Counted from the first letter of the stretch, positions 23,858 to 36,406 are shown. The stretch is DNA of 64,000 nucleotides from Trichosphaerium sp. ATCC 40318 (GCA_038496445.1 JALMLS010000228.1:186001-250000), one strand, 5' to 3'. A program made the numbers and translations. The notes: generated from the letters alone by a model not told the origin.

Positions 23858-26634
23858 ATGCAAGTGGAACCGTTTTCCTTCGAACAGAGAACCAATGCGG
23901 TAATGTACGCTAAACGATTATTTCTATTTGGTTTCTCAAATTTCTAACGCTCATTTCTGTATAGTTCTTGTCCGCTATGTGGCGCAAAAGTACGTAAAAC
24001 AAATTTACACTTCAACAGTAGTTAACATTGACACAGACGAACCCAAATGCGTTAAATATGTGCGTACAATGTATACGTACGCAAGTAGACATCACTGAGG
24101 GCATACCAAAACAGTGTACACTTCAATGGTGTAAGGGTTGCGGAAGGTAACTGAAAGCAGCAAAAAAACGCCGTGGGTAACCTTGAATGTAGGTACCTTG
24201 TCCCTCCTGATCGTTGGGCCTTTGCCAACTTAGAATCCCCACAATTGCTTCATGTATGCTTAAAACGGTACGTAATGGCATAGGAAACGTCAAAAGAGGC
24301 ATCAGATACCTTATTAACCGACTTTAAAACAAACCCGCTAATTTTGCCGCAATTCCACTTAAAAACGCGCAATAACTTACTTTGGAGTAGTCTAAGAGGA
24401 CTTAATAAAGTCACAATGAAGGATGCTAGTTTCATTTGGACTGAGCCTCACTCTAAACGTATCAAAGTAAAATTGCGAGTCAGAAAAGAGGTACATTTTT
24501 GTTTCTGTTTCCTTTCGTAGTAGGCCCTTTTATGTCTTTGTTTTCGAATTTTAGTTCCGAAAGTCCATTTACAGTACGTCTTGTGCAACTATTTAATGCT
24601 TAATTAAGGTCTTTGGTGCTGCTGTATTGGAACAAACATTCGTTGTTGAATATGTTGTCGCAAACTTTTTCTGCCCAGATTGTCATCGTGCTGAAGCTAA
24701 AGAACAATGGAAAGCAGTTTGTCAAGTGAGACAAAAGGTGCGTTAACATTTTTTTTTACGCATTTAATACAACCGAAAACTGAAAACATTCGCGTGCGCT
24801 TTGCACAAGAATAAGAAAAAAAAACCAAGAAAAATAATTGAACCAAAAACCAACCGTTCGCTAACTAAGCTACCTACAATAGGTCAGTCATAAACGTACA
24901 TTCTTATGGCTCGAACAAGTAATCTTAAAACACAGAGCTCATGCAAATGCATCGAATATCAAGACAGAGAAGGACGGAGTAGACTTTTACTTTCCACTTC
25001 AACAACATCAACTAAAATTCCTCGACTTTCTCCAAGCAGTTTCACCTATCCGATGGAAACACGCGAAACAGCTCGTATCTCATGATGCAAAGAGTAACAT
25101 AGCTAATTTCAAATTCGCTTGTTCTATCGAAATTGTTCCTATCTGTAGGGCACGTGAAAATCACGTGTGAGAATTTTTTTTCTTCTAACTTTTTTTTTCA
25201 GGAAGATTTGGTTGTATTACCAAAACGTTTGGCTCACTCTTTGGGTCATATCTTCCCATTGAGTCTTTGTTGGAAGGTTTCAAATATTATTCATTTTATT
25301 GATCCTTTTACATTACAAGCAGCTGAGTTGACGTCAGACGCATACTGGGCTACTCCTTTTGCTTCAATTGCAAATAGAGGAGGTTTAACACCTTTTGTTG
25401 TTCTTGATATTGAACCTCTTGGTGTTGTTAATGGAAAGGTAAAGTAGATATTTCGTTTATGAAAAACAACGCTAAATCTCACGCTTCAGTTTCTTTGTCT
25501 AATACCTTTTTTTAGTTCATTTTGGCTGAGGCTACTGTTGCTCGTAGTAAGGATCTTGGTGTTAATGATACTGTGTTTATAACAAGAACACATTTGGGAA
25601 GGTCATTAAAGGCAGGAGATAATTGTTTAGCGTATGTTTGAAGCAAACAAATCAAATTAACTGTTCTCACTTTGTCCTATAGATATGATTTAACTACACT
25701 TAATCTTGGCATAGACACACTCATGCCTAACACAGAGGTTCCTGAAATTGTACGTCCATACTTGCCATAAAATTTGAGACGTTCTCAGTTTTTTTTGTTT
25801 CTTTCTTTGCTTCCTGATTGTTTACTGGTTCCCTCATAGATTTTGGTCAAGAAATACTATCCTATTCGCCGACGTAAAATCAAACGCCGTCATTGGGACA
25901 TCAAAACACTCGTTAAGGATGAAGCAGAGAATATGACAAAAGCTGACATGAACAAAGAAGAGTACGTTTTGGATTTTATTGCAAAAGGAGGATTTTCGAC
26001 CAAACCACTTTCAAAAATCTCTCCTTCTCTAATGGATACGGCCATACAACCATGAAAACTCCGTGTCTCTTTCCGAACCGCGAAGATAAGCATGGTATGG
26101 CCCTGCCAGTACTTGGGTCCGTGAGGACCAGGGAACGTAGGGTGCTGTATTCATTTTGCTTTTTTTTTGTTTTGCCTTTCCACTTGCTGTGTTTGTCTTA
26201 TTTATAATTTGAATAGAGCGGACAGAGAACGCCTAATGCGAGATATTGAGGAAGATCCAGATTTCAGAGAACAATTTGATTTAATTAAAGGTACGTGGCA
26301 TGACGCCTTTGTTTTATCAATTCCTGTTTTTTTCTTCGTTTTCTCCTTATTAGACTTTGCGTTACTGACCCATTTATTAGTTGCTGGTGCTGAAGAAATA
26401 TTTAAAAATAATCAAAAAATCATCAATGATCCAAACTCTATGCTAGACGAAGAAGTAGAGACAGACTTCCCAGAAATTCGTATGTGTTTTTTTTTGCAAT
26501 TTTTGAATGACTTGTTGGTCCCTTATGTTCTTTTAGAAATGGACGAACTCGCTGATGATTTGCAAAAAATGACAATCAATAAACCTGTATTGGATCACTT
26601 ATCTGATAACGAGGATATGGATATGGATGAATAA
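23858..26634 (+). CDS. NMD3: 60S ribosomal export adaptor NMD3 (many short exons)
   Basis: DASFIWTEPHSKRIKVKL, CPDCHR, QVRQKVSHKRTFLWLEQVILKH, DGVDFYF, RTHLG, YDL, DIEEDPDFR. Confidence 0.95.
26034..26152 (+). rRNA. 5S rRNA: 5S rRNA gene nested in NMD3 intron 25962-26216
   Basis: 119 nt GGATACGGCCATAC...CCGAAC..GAAGATAAGC...AGTACTTGGG...GGGAAC...GTGCTGTATTC; 5' and 3' ends pair (GGATACGGC/GCTGTATTC); T-runs follow. Confidence 0.95.
26154..26168 (+). terminator. Pol III oligo-dT terminator of 5S gene
   Basis: TTTTGCTTTTTTTTT immediately after the 5S 3' end. Confidence 0.8.
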
Positions 26635-27027
26635 AGCTCTATTCATTCAGGCAAAATATTGCCTCCTGAATTTTTTTGCTTTACTGAGGGACTCGTTTTA
26701 ACAGTAAGCCTTTTGGGAGGAAATAAGCAAGAATTTGAATTCGAGATGCCCATCGTAGTATCAAATTGAAAGGGACAAATGTAGCGGATTCAGCATGTCA
26801 AGGTTTGTACTAATTGACATCAATTCATTTATAAATAAAAATAAGAAAAAAATACAAGTGTCTATGTTTTCCACAGTGATGCAAATGGTATTAATTAATG
26901 CTTTTCGAAGTTGTACCAACCATATTTCTCTATGTTATAGAGGGTATAGTTTCATATGCGAACTCTTCCTTCTCTTATGCTGGTAGTTCAATTGTAGTAC
27001 TGCTGTTACGTTTGCACCACTTGATGT

Positions 27028-27360
27028 TTGTGAGCACGTTAGATTTGATCATTCAATTAAAGAATATAAAGAGCAGTATATTCTAACAGTATACAAAGTT
27101 GGTATTGCAATGTACCTGTACAGTTGTGGCTAACAGCACCATGTGATGTCACGTGATTCACTCTAATGATTCATTGAACCATGTTAAATCTCGAACCTTC
27201 TCATAGCGCTGCAGTATTTAAAACTCCGTACAGCTCATAATTGCACATTTTTATCATTGTTAGTTTATATATTGTTTACCAACAATACACTATGCGCCTC
27301 ACATCTATATTATCAATACTCTTCTGTCTGATTGCCATCAAATGGGTTTGTTAGTACGTG
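27028..27360 (+). repeat. Duplicated promoter + signal-peptide exon (copy of 19420-19735)
   Basis: Long near-identical blocks, e.g. ttgtgagcacgttagatttgatcattcaattaa and cattgaaccatgttaaatctcgaaccttctcat; MRLTSILSIL vs MHLTSILSIL. Confidence 0.9.
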
Positions 27361-27842
27361 TAGTTTTTATTGCTTTGTTCGCAGGTTAAGAAAGATACTT
27401 AACTGTTTATCAGAAGAAGCAGAAACAGTAGCGAAATGGCTTGTACCCAGAATTCGTAAAGCATCATACCGTAAGTATTGGTTGTAATGTTTACGTGATA
27501 AATTTTCTTTTTTGAGTATTTTCTGACCAGTTTTTAGATGCTAGTAGAAGTATTATATTCTTAGGTGCTTGGGGTGTTGAATGGAGATTTGCTTCTAGGT
27601 ACTATTCAAACAGAGATATTATAATTAAATGGGAAGAATCCAAAAAAAATCAGAAACCGCTCAGCAATAAAACTTGATTGTCAACCAAAACACGTGACTT
27701 AATACTCGCTATATTTTAAACAAACAGTTTTGTTATTTCAAAAAATTAATATGTGTGATAACTGAGACGTTTTGAGGGCTGAGATATTTGATTATTTATT
27801 TGTTATTGTATTTCAAAAAAAGTATGCTTGACTATTTGTTTC

Positions 27843-30800
27843 TTATGATGTACCACGATCAAGTGTCCATACATTCCACAAGTGAGCGTTATTTCCAGGA
27901 GCTCTTGGTCTGCATCCGTTACAACAACTTTGCTTTCTTACACACCAACATTTAACAGCCATTTGGTCTCCGTATGTGAGCCATGTTAAGTCTTGAGTGA
28001 AGATTTCATCAGAACATTCTGAATCTCTTGAAGCGGCAGCTGCACATTCTCCAGCGAAATGCCATTGATTCCAGTCGGCCATACGTCCTCTAATGAGTAC
28101 TTGTTTATGGCATCTGTCTTCAGCACCGTTGTTGCATGTGTGGTGTCTTACGCCACCTCCAAGGTTGACCCAGTATCCGTAGAAACCGTCACAGAACATG
28201 CCAGCTTGTTTGAGGATGAGTTGAGGTGGATTAAATGGAGGTGTATCAGTCTTTGGTTCCAAGTCGCAGTTTCTACAGTCGTTTGTCATTGGCCATTTAG
28301 GAATACGTGTGATGTTTTTGTTAAGGTTCACAGCATCACAAGAAATGCACTCGTCTCCGTGTCTCCATGGGATATCTTGATGTTGAGGTGGGATTTCAAA
28401 GTCGGCAAATAGACGTCCTGATCCCTTCAAATAACATGTCGAGTGGTAGGCTGGATCTCCGGCATGTACGACTTCTGTTGGACCGAAGGTTTCGGAAGCC
28501 AAACGAGCACGGACAGTAAAGCAAACGTCAGATGTTTGCCAGTCAGCGCCGATGTTGATTACGACATCTTTGCATAGTTGAGGAAGGAGATCAGCTTGCC
28601 AGTTGTATTGGTTTGCTTCAGGGAATCGAGGCATAACAATGTATCCTTGACATCCACCTTGTCTGTTTTGACATTGTCTAGCACAAACACTAGCGTCATT
28701 GTAAATTCTGTGACAATCTAAATGAGTATGTTAGTAAGAATTACATACAACGCAGGTACTAAGGAAAAAAAAACTTACCAAAAACGTCACGGCGATCAGG
28801 GAAATAACAGTGATCAACACGACTAAAAATCAAGTTATTACATGTAATAAATAAGTGTAAAAAAAAAAATTGGCACGTGAGAAAACACGTGTGAAGAGAA
28901 AAAAACAAGAAAAAGTGAACGTACGTGAAACCACCATCAGGGTTTGGCAGACCATAGATATCTTGTACTTGTCTGTTGACGTAGTCAAGGTCAATACAAT
29001 CTCTGTATCCTCTCCATAGCCATTGTACAACATAAGCACCAAACTCAGATCCGGCAGGAACACGAAGTCTGACCATGTCGGCATCTTGAGGTCTGTGTGC
29101 GTGATGTTCAAACTTGAATATAGCTCTAACAAAAGGCATCTTGCTGTTTGTGTATTCGCAGTAGTTATTTACTTCTAGGCTGTCCTTGTATCCGAATAAC
29201 GTAGCATCATCTGCCCAAACACCGAAGGCTTCTGGCCTTGGGATGAAATTTGGAGAGGTTTCAGGGATCTCTCCGCTGTAGTATTGTAAGAAAGCATCAA
29301 AACCAGCATCACGAGCTCTGAATTGTCTGTGGTATACAGGCAAGTTTTGGCAGTCTCCATTTGATGCTTCGTTGAGGTACGTCTCCATGGAGTCGAAAGA
29401 AACTTCTCTGAGTCTTGGTTCATCTTCTGCTTTGACGATAACGTAGTATGAAGGTTGTGTATGACCAACAGACCACTCAACTTCAAAACGTTGTCCTGGA
29501 CCGACTTGAACGTGAGGAGAAGCTTGTCTTCTTGATGGACATGGTGTTTGGGTACTAGCAATATCTGCGCTTCTACCAATTCCAAATTGCCAGTTGTGAG
29601 CTTGAGTGGTAGGGAAGGATACTAAAGCGATGAGGAAGAGAGCCAAGACAACTGAAGTTGTCATTTTTCCAGAAGAACGCATCGTCAAACCGAGGACAGC
29701 GAGAGCCATGAACAAGAAAGATGTTGTCGATTTTGTGGCAGGTGAAGTTGCACCTCTTGCGGCAATAACAGTATTACCTGGGTTTGCAGGAGGAAGAGTG
29801 TTTGCAAGACATTTGCACATACGAAGTCTAACAAAGAAGGTAAGTTCAAAGAAACCCGAAGTTAAAAAAAAAAGCAAAACAGTTTGACTTTGACTTTAGC
29901 ATACCCGATTCTTGTATCACCGCTTCTGGAGTCACAGGTAACTCTTCCTGTATTACGTCCTTGTGCTGCACATCTTGTATCATCAAAATAGCAAAGGCCA
30001 TCAGTACCCATTGTAGCTCCTTTGTTGCTACATCCGCTGACATATGGAAGTTTGCAAGGGAAACTTTGTGGAATAATGAGCTGTTCGATTCTCGTTGGGC
30101 TGTTAACACGCTCCATATGGACGACATCACATTGGAGATTCTCTTCAGCACATCTATCAGTACAAGATTGACCTCTCTAAGAAGAAACATTAGTGAGGGA
30201 ACAATAGTAAAAAAGAAAAATATTCAGAAAAACGCTTACGTTGGATTGAAACCATGTTTGACGTGGTTTACCGCTTCTTGATTCTGTGAGTTTGAGCGGA
30301 CCTGTGCCACCGTTGTTTGGCCAATAAAAGGCGCCAGTATTGGCATCACCTTGCTTAATCAAACAGTGAAAAGTTACTGCTCCTGTTCCTTTTGCAGGAG
30401 CCTTCCACTTCCATGTTGACTTGAGAGGCTTGAGTTCAGCGCTGTTGTGTGTTATACTTTGACGGCACACATGTGTATTAGGCCAAGGCAATTGAAAGAA
30501 TGCTACAAAAGAGTTAAAACATGATCAGATGGAGAAAAGAAAGCAAATGAACAAAGTCAGAAAATATAGTGATTCGAGTCATTGAATTGAATCACTTAGT
30601 TGTTCCGAAAATGTTAAGACAGTTTTTTAGAACACTTACGATTCGTTTCATCTGGTAAGAGCCATTCACCGACTCTGTTACCGTCCTCGTCTTGAGCATA
30701 GATGAGAATACCGCGGTATTTGAAAGCGTAGTTGTTGACACGAATACTTATGTCCATGACCATTTCAGGAACGTATTCGGTCTTTTTATCGTCTTCGTTA

Positions 30801-31045
30801 CCAGCCCAAGTGCTGTAGGCATTGCTGCGAACTACTTTTGTGGCCCAAGACATACGAGGCTCTGGTTCCTTTCTACAAGTGAGTCTGTCGACTCTACCGT
30901 TTCCGAATACTCTGTAATCAGCAGGAGGGCATCCCCAGTCAGGAGAAGAAGCATCGCAGTTAGGTACGGACTCAGTAGGCCTTGAGGCACCGTTTACCAT
31001 GGCTACCATAACCAAGAGCGCGCAAAGTACTAAACAAGGGCGCAT
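27843..31045 (-). CDS. Secreted polyprotein: signal peptide - Reeler domain - Cys-rich domain - GPI/TM-like segment - internal signal peptide - His-brace LPMO-like domain - Cys-rich C-terminus
   Basis: Six exons join in frame. Reeler motifs (YRGILIYAQD..NRVGEW, SITH, WKWKAPAKGTGAVTFHCLI); two hydrophobic stretches then TQA/HNW; EWSVGH; YVVQWLWRGYRDCIDL. Confidence 0.8.
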
Positions 31046-31929
31046 TCTAAAAAGAAACAAATTAGTGACGTTTTTAGTATCACGTGATCAGAAAAAACAC
31101 AAGGTGGTAAAAAACATCCAAAAAACAAGCTTGGACGTAGTTTAAATTGACGTACTTAAAAGATTTGCAAGTGAAGAGCTGCTGCGAATGCTTTTTGTGC
31201 TGAATGAAAATAAATTTCTTTAAATAGGAAGAGAGCTAGCGAACTGTGTACTTCTTTGTTCGCTAGCAAAAGTGTTCTGTAGCGCTAGAAAATGCTAAAC
31301 AAGTAGTTTTGGGTGTATCAGTGTTTGAAACCCTTTTGTTGACACAGTGATACAAAACCAATAAATAGCGCTAGAAAACCCGCAAGTCGTTTTCCTTTAT
31401 GTGTCGATGGTTGTACTTCGCTTAAGTGGCACCAACAACGGCCTGGTAATGTCCCGAACCATAAATCTTTTCATATCACCGCTTCAACACTCTCTCATAC
31501 GTTCAGTCGATTGCACGTTGACAAGGCACAATACAGCTGCTTTAAGAACGACTCACTTACCCGTACACATATGCGAACATACGCTTTATGACATGCGGAA
31601 CAGCATACGCAAACAAAAGACTATGAAGACCACGAGAATGAAAAAGTCACTATTTTGTTTTAATCAAAAAAGAAATACTTTACCCGCAAAAAGCGGACGG
31701 CCAGTTTTGCGTTTCTTATGACATACTATGGTGTTCATGCGAAAAATACCTCTAAAAACTTAAAACGGGTAAACACATGTGAACAACGATAATTGATTGG
31801 AAGCCTTCGGTTTTTTTAACCCACGTGATACTTTGTACCGGAAAAACAACGATTTTTTTTTGAAATACCACCTGAAAGGATATTTAAAGTCAAACATAAA
31901 ACCCAAATTCACGTGCTTAAAGAACATTG

Positions 31930-33600
31930 TTTAGGTGGTGTTCTTGAAACTAAAGATGCTCTTGAAAAAATGATCAATGGTACCAAAGCCTGTTACTCCA
32001 ACAACTTCTAAGATTGCTTGCCACTAGTGCTGAGTCTGATACTTTCCAAGCCTGCACTTAAATATGAAGAAGCTTCTTTCAAGTTAGATAACAAAAAGTT
32101 TGAACCTCTTTGGAAGACTAAAGCAACTCTCATAACAAAAAGTGACAAGGTTACAGAAAGGTTTTGGTTCAATAGCACCCTAGCATCAAATAATAGAAGG
32201 CCCGCGGTCTATATGTTAAAGGTTTGAACTGTCGGAATAGTGGGCTAACAGTGTCCCTTACCATAAATCATTTCATAGTGCGACCTTTTTTAAAGGGATG
32301 CCTATGCTCGCGATCAATACAAACAGACAAGCTACAGCTTGTTACAACCATATATCCTTTCACAGATATGAACACATTCGCGTTCCAGCCTAGCGTACTC
32401 GTTGAGCCAAAACTAAGGTGCTAACCAACGTCCAAACTTCGGTGTATACTCACAATTCACGTGATACAGCGAAAAAAAAAAGGTGAATACAAGTGTGGTC
32501 CAATAGTTCATATACTGACGAAAGCAAACAACACTCGCATTAAGATTTGTATAGTTCTGTGGCATCAACTTGTATTGTATTGATATTCCATAGTGGACCA
32601 CAGTCTGATAACCAACGCATGATGCAAAAATATTACTGCTACTTTCATGCTGTATTGACGCCGTTTGGTAATAAAAAGAATCTATCTAGTGATTGGTTTA
32701 AAGTGTTTAGTAACCAATTAAAGGAAGGCTCTCAGTTATGAATTGTACTTGTGTACAATAAGTACACACAACAAGATATTTTAGAAGCAGGTACGAAAGA
32801 AACCTCTTACCATGCCATTCGATTCTTATCCTATTGAGATGTTGTGATTGTTTCCCAACCTTTTTTGCGTAACCCAAGATACATAAATGTTGGCATGACA
32901 ATCGTTGCAAAGTGTATAGCAACAAAGATACCATTAGTGAAGAAAAGAGCCAGAATGCTCACTAATCGTCAACGTGCAATTAGACCAAGAAAACTAAGTG
33001 ATATGAGGAAGGTAAGTGCAAAAAAAAACTACTAAGGGAATCTAAAACGAGCGATTCACGTGATTTAAATAAAGCAAATGATCGAGCGCTTAAGAAAGAG
33101 GCTCATTTTTATATTGAAGAGTTGTGTTCATTTGACGGAAGATCAAGATGGGCAACCAATGAAAAACCTTTCCCGAACTGGTACAGTAATAGGACATTAG
33201 TTCTTGTTTTTTTCTTATGGTTTTGGCCACAACTATCTTATACACTTTTTTAAAGGCTTACACTTAAGGGCGTGATGAGATTCATCAGGATCAAATCTAG
33301 CAACCCCCAGTTTGAAATGTACACAGATTACCAAAAAACACATGAACAAGCATACAGTAAGTCCGTCTTATTCTTTTTGTGCTTGTAATAGCGAATTTTA
33401 GTTGGGTTATTGCTGATAAACTATTTCTAACCTTTACTGGTAAGAAAACAATTCGTTGCTTTCAGATTTGTACTTACCAGAGACTCTATAGGAACAGTTC
33501 AAAACGCCAACGCGATACCTGATGAACTAGTGCGAAATCAGGGGATGTAGAAACACTTTTTGAAACGCTATTACTTTGTCAAGCAGCTAATAAAACTGTT
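31930..33600 (+). pseudogene. Probable degenerate multi-exon gene of unknown function
   Basis: Exon-like blocks with GT-AG boundaries but in-frame stops; no recognised domain. Confidence 0.3.
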
Positions 33601-34189
33601 GTACAAAGGGTAGGTTCAAGGATTTGGTTATACTACTTTCGATTCCATAACAACGTATCTGGTGACTTGAACTTGGCATAATTATTGGTCTTTCAGAAGT
33701 CAGGAAACGTAATCTGCAGAAACACAGCATCTCTGCAGCAAAAATGCGATGGAGCGAGAGTTAAATGTGCACTTACTTCTTATGTCTGTAATTATAGTGT
33801 CCATGTAATGTTTATGTAGTGTGTACAAGTAGTATACTCCGGCAGTATGTATCACAAAAAAGATGATTATTGCTAATCTTTAACAGTGAGCATCAAGTGG
33901 TGTTCTTGTTCAAACAAGAAGATTAAAATGGCAATACTAAATACTATTTCTTGGCTGTTTGTGATGCATATTTGTACGACTAGAGACAAAATATAGGAAA
34001 AATCAATTTACAATCCCGGAATTTATAACAATTGATTGTTTAAACAAAGGCTTTGTATCATCTCATGCAGTTTACGAGTGTACAACGGAAGGTTGTCAAC
34101 AATCAATATCAGTAAACCTTTCATATGATGATCTTGTATACCTCAGAAGGGATGTAGGAGGCTCCGCTACTGAACTAGTACGACAGTCT

Positions 34190-34300
34190 CTAGACCATCA
34201 GATGGCAGTGAGAATTTTCAGGTTTTTTGAAGCCGTATAGTCCATGATATTGTGTAGAATCTCAACTGGAAGGCGTAATTGATGTCTTTCATCAGATTCT
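34190..34300 (-). pseudogene. F-box relic
   Basis: Reverse strand reads RHQLRLPVEILHNIMDYTASKNLKILTAI*. Confidence 0.4.
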
Positions 34301-34716
34301 ACAACAAAACTCTCTTTGCTGGCTGTTAGGTTTGTAATTTTACTCTGAAAAGTGTGTGATAGCCTTTATGTTGCACTGTATGTTGTTGAGAGACAAGGCT
34401 GGCGAACTTCTTGGTATGTTTGAAACCTAAAAATAGAACAATTACACAGAATTCAGACAGTTAAATGAGATTAAGAGAACACGTATTAATACGATGATTG
34501 TGACCGGGGTTAAATAATAAGAATACACAACCAGTGTTATACACTTTTTGAAGAAATGTAATGGTCCTTTGTTTATGACTCCATCGAACTACACGAGTTA
34601 CTTTGTGGAGTAAATGTACAACATGAATTGGGGTTAAGTCACCAATGTTGCTAATAGAATAAACCTTTTTTCTATTACATCGAATAACCCAAAAGCCCAG
34701 GCCCTCGTGGTAAAGA

Positions 34717-36105
34717 ATGGAACAAAATAATGATGAAAAAGATTACAATGCTGGTATAACAACTCAATGTAACTCAAAAGAAGACGCTGTAAGCATCACA
34801 GAACTACCCGTTGAAATAATTGTTCAAATTCTGAAGAGTGGAACGTTTACACTTCAGACAGCACAAACATGCCATTTAATGCATGATATCGTCCACAACC
34901 ACGTGGGATACGGCTGTATTAATGTTTCAAGTGAAGCCTCGCTAAACTTACTTGTTGGGACCGCTTTACTTCAAAATACAAGAATTTCTCTTTCGAAAAT
35001 TAAAGCACGTATTACAGACAGTCATTTAAAATTACTTTCTGGTGTTAAAGATATCGTCTTGAGTGGTTGCAAGAAAATAACGGAAAAAGGTATAAGGCAC
35101 TTAGCTGGAGTGCATAGAATTGATTTATCTCGAACAAGTGTGAATGATGAAGCTTTGAAATGGATAGCTGATGTTCATACAATCAACTTGGATTTATGTA
35201 AAAGTATTACTGACGAGGGTATCAACGCATTGACAGCTGTACACAGTATATCATTGGCATTCACAAATATCAAAGATACATGTATTGCAGGATTAGCAGG
35301 CGCGCACACAATCAACCTTGCTGGTTTCCAGTGTAAAAGTGGAGAAATTACAAAGTTATCAGGTGTTCATAAAATTGATTTGTCGTACACCAGAGTAACA
35401 GACGAGCACTTGAAGGCGTTCGTTGGTGTACACGAAATCAAGCTAGATGGTTGTATCAATATAACTAATGACAGTATACGATTATTTGCTGGTGTCCACA
35501 CTATTCACTTAGGCTATACTGATGTATCTGATGAGTCTGTTAGTGTATTGGCTGGTGTTCATGAAATTGATTTATCTTCTACAAACGTTACTGATAAAGC
35601 CTTGAAATCATTGGCCGGTGTACATACAATCAAGTTGGGGAGTTGTAGGCATGTAACTGATGAAGGGATAAAGATGTTAGCCGGTGTACATACAATCAAG
35701 TTGGGGAGTTGTAAGAATGTAACTGATGAAGGGATAAAGATGTTAGCTGGTGTGCATATAATTGGCTTATCATCTACAGAAATCACAGATGAGGGTTTGA
35801 AAGCATTGGCCGGTGTTCATACAATTGATCTGTCATATACTAAAATTACGGATGAAGGTTTGAAAGCATTGGCTGGTGTTCACAGAATTACGTTGAAGGG
35901 TTGCGATTGTATTACAGACATTGGTGTAAAGGCACTAGCTGGAGTTCATACAATTGATTTAACTGGCATACAGAGTGTGACTGATGAATGCTTGAAGGCT
36001 TTGGTTGGTGCACATACAATCGTGTTGGTATCTTGTTTGTTTATAACAAACGAAGGTGTAAAGGTATTGGCAGGTGTTCCAAATGTTGTTCTAGATAGGT
36101 ATTAA
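34717..36105 (+). CDS. Intronless F-box / leucine-rich-repeat protein (copy B)
   Basis: First ~90 aa almost identical to copy A; same 21-22 aa repeat; near-perfect 66-bp tandem duplication at about 35614-35745. Confidence 0.9.
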   Translation: MEQNNDEKDYNAGITTQCNSKEDAVSITELPVEIIVQILKSGTFTLQTAQTCHLMHDIVHNHVGYGCINVSSEASLNLLVGTALLQNTRISLSKIKARITDSHLKLLSGVKDIVLSGCKKITEKGIRHLAGVHRIDLSRTSVNDEALKWIADVHTINLDLCKSITDEGINALTAVHSISLAFTNIKDTCIAGLAGAHTINLAGFQCKSGEITKLSGVHKIDLSYTRVTDEHLKAFVGVHEIKLDGCINITNDSIRLFAGVHTIHLGYTDVSDESVSVLAGVHEIDLSSTNVTDKALKSLAGVHTIKLGSCRHVTDEGIKMLAGVHTIKLGSCKNVTDEGIKMLAGVHIIGLSSTEITDEGLKALAGVHTIDLSYTKITDEGLKALAGVHRITLKGCDCITDIGVKALAGVHTIDLTGIQSVTDECLKALVGAHTIVLVSCLFITNEGVKVLAGVPNVVLDRY

Positions 36106-36406
36106 AGGTGTTTGTTTGTTTTTTTACAAAAAAAATCGATTTCAGAACTGAATGAAAGGCAATTGGAAAAATGATGAACAATTTTCATTTTTGTCTATTT
36201 TTGAGCTTTTGAAAGGCTTCATGGTTTTACATCTCTACTTTAGATTATATCACCATAAGTTAAGAAACCTGTTTGAGGATTTTTAGCGTTTTTGTATTTT
36301 ATACACCACGTGCATTCAAACGTCAAAGAGAAACTATCTCGCTGTACATGAAAAAACAAGGCAAATCATGTCATAGCAATGGACTTTATTTTCTTATCAA
36401 CATTTC

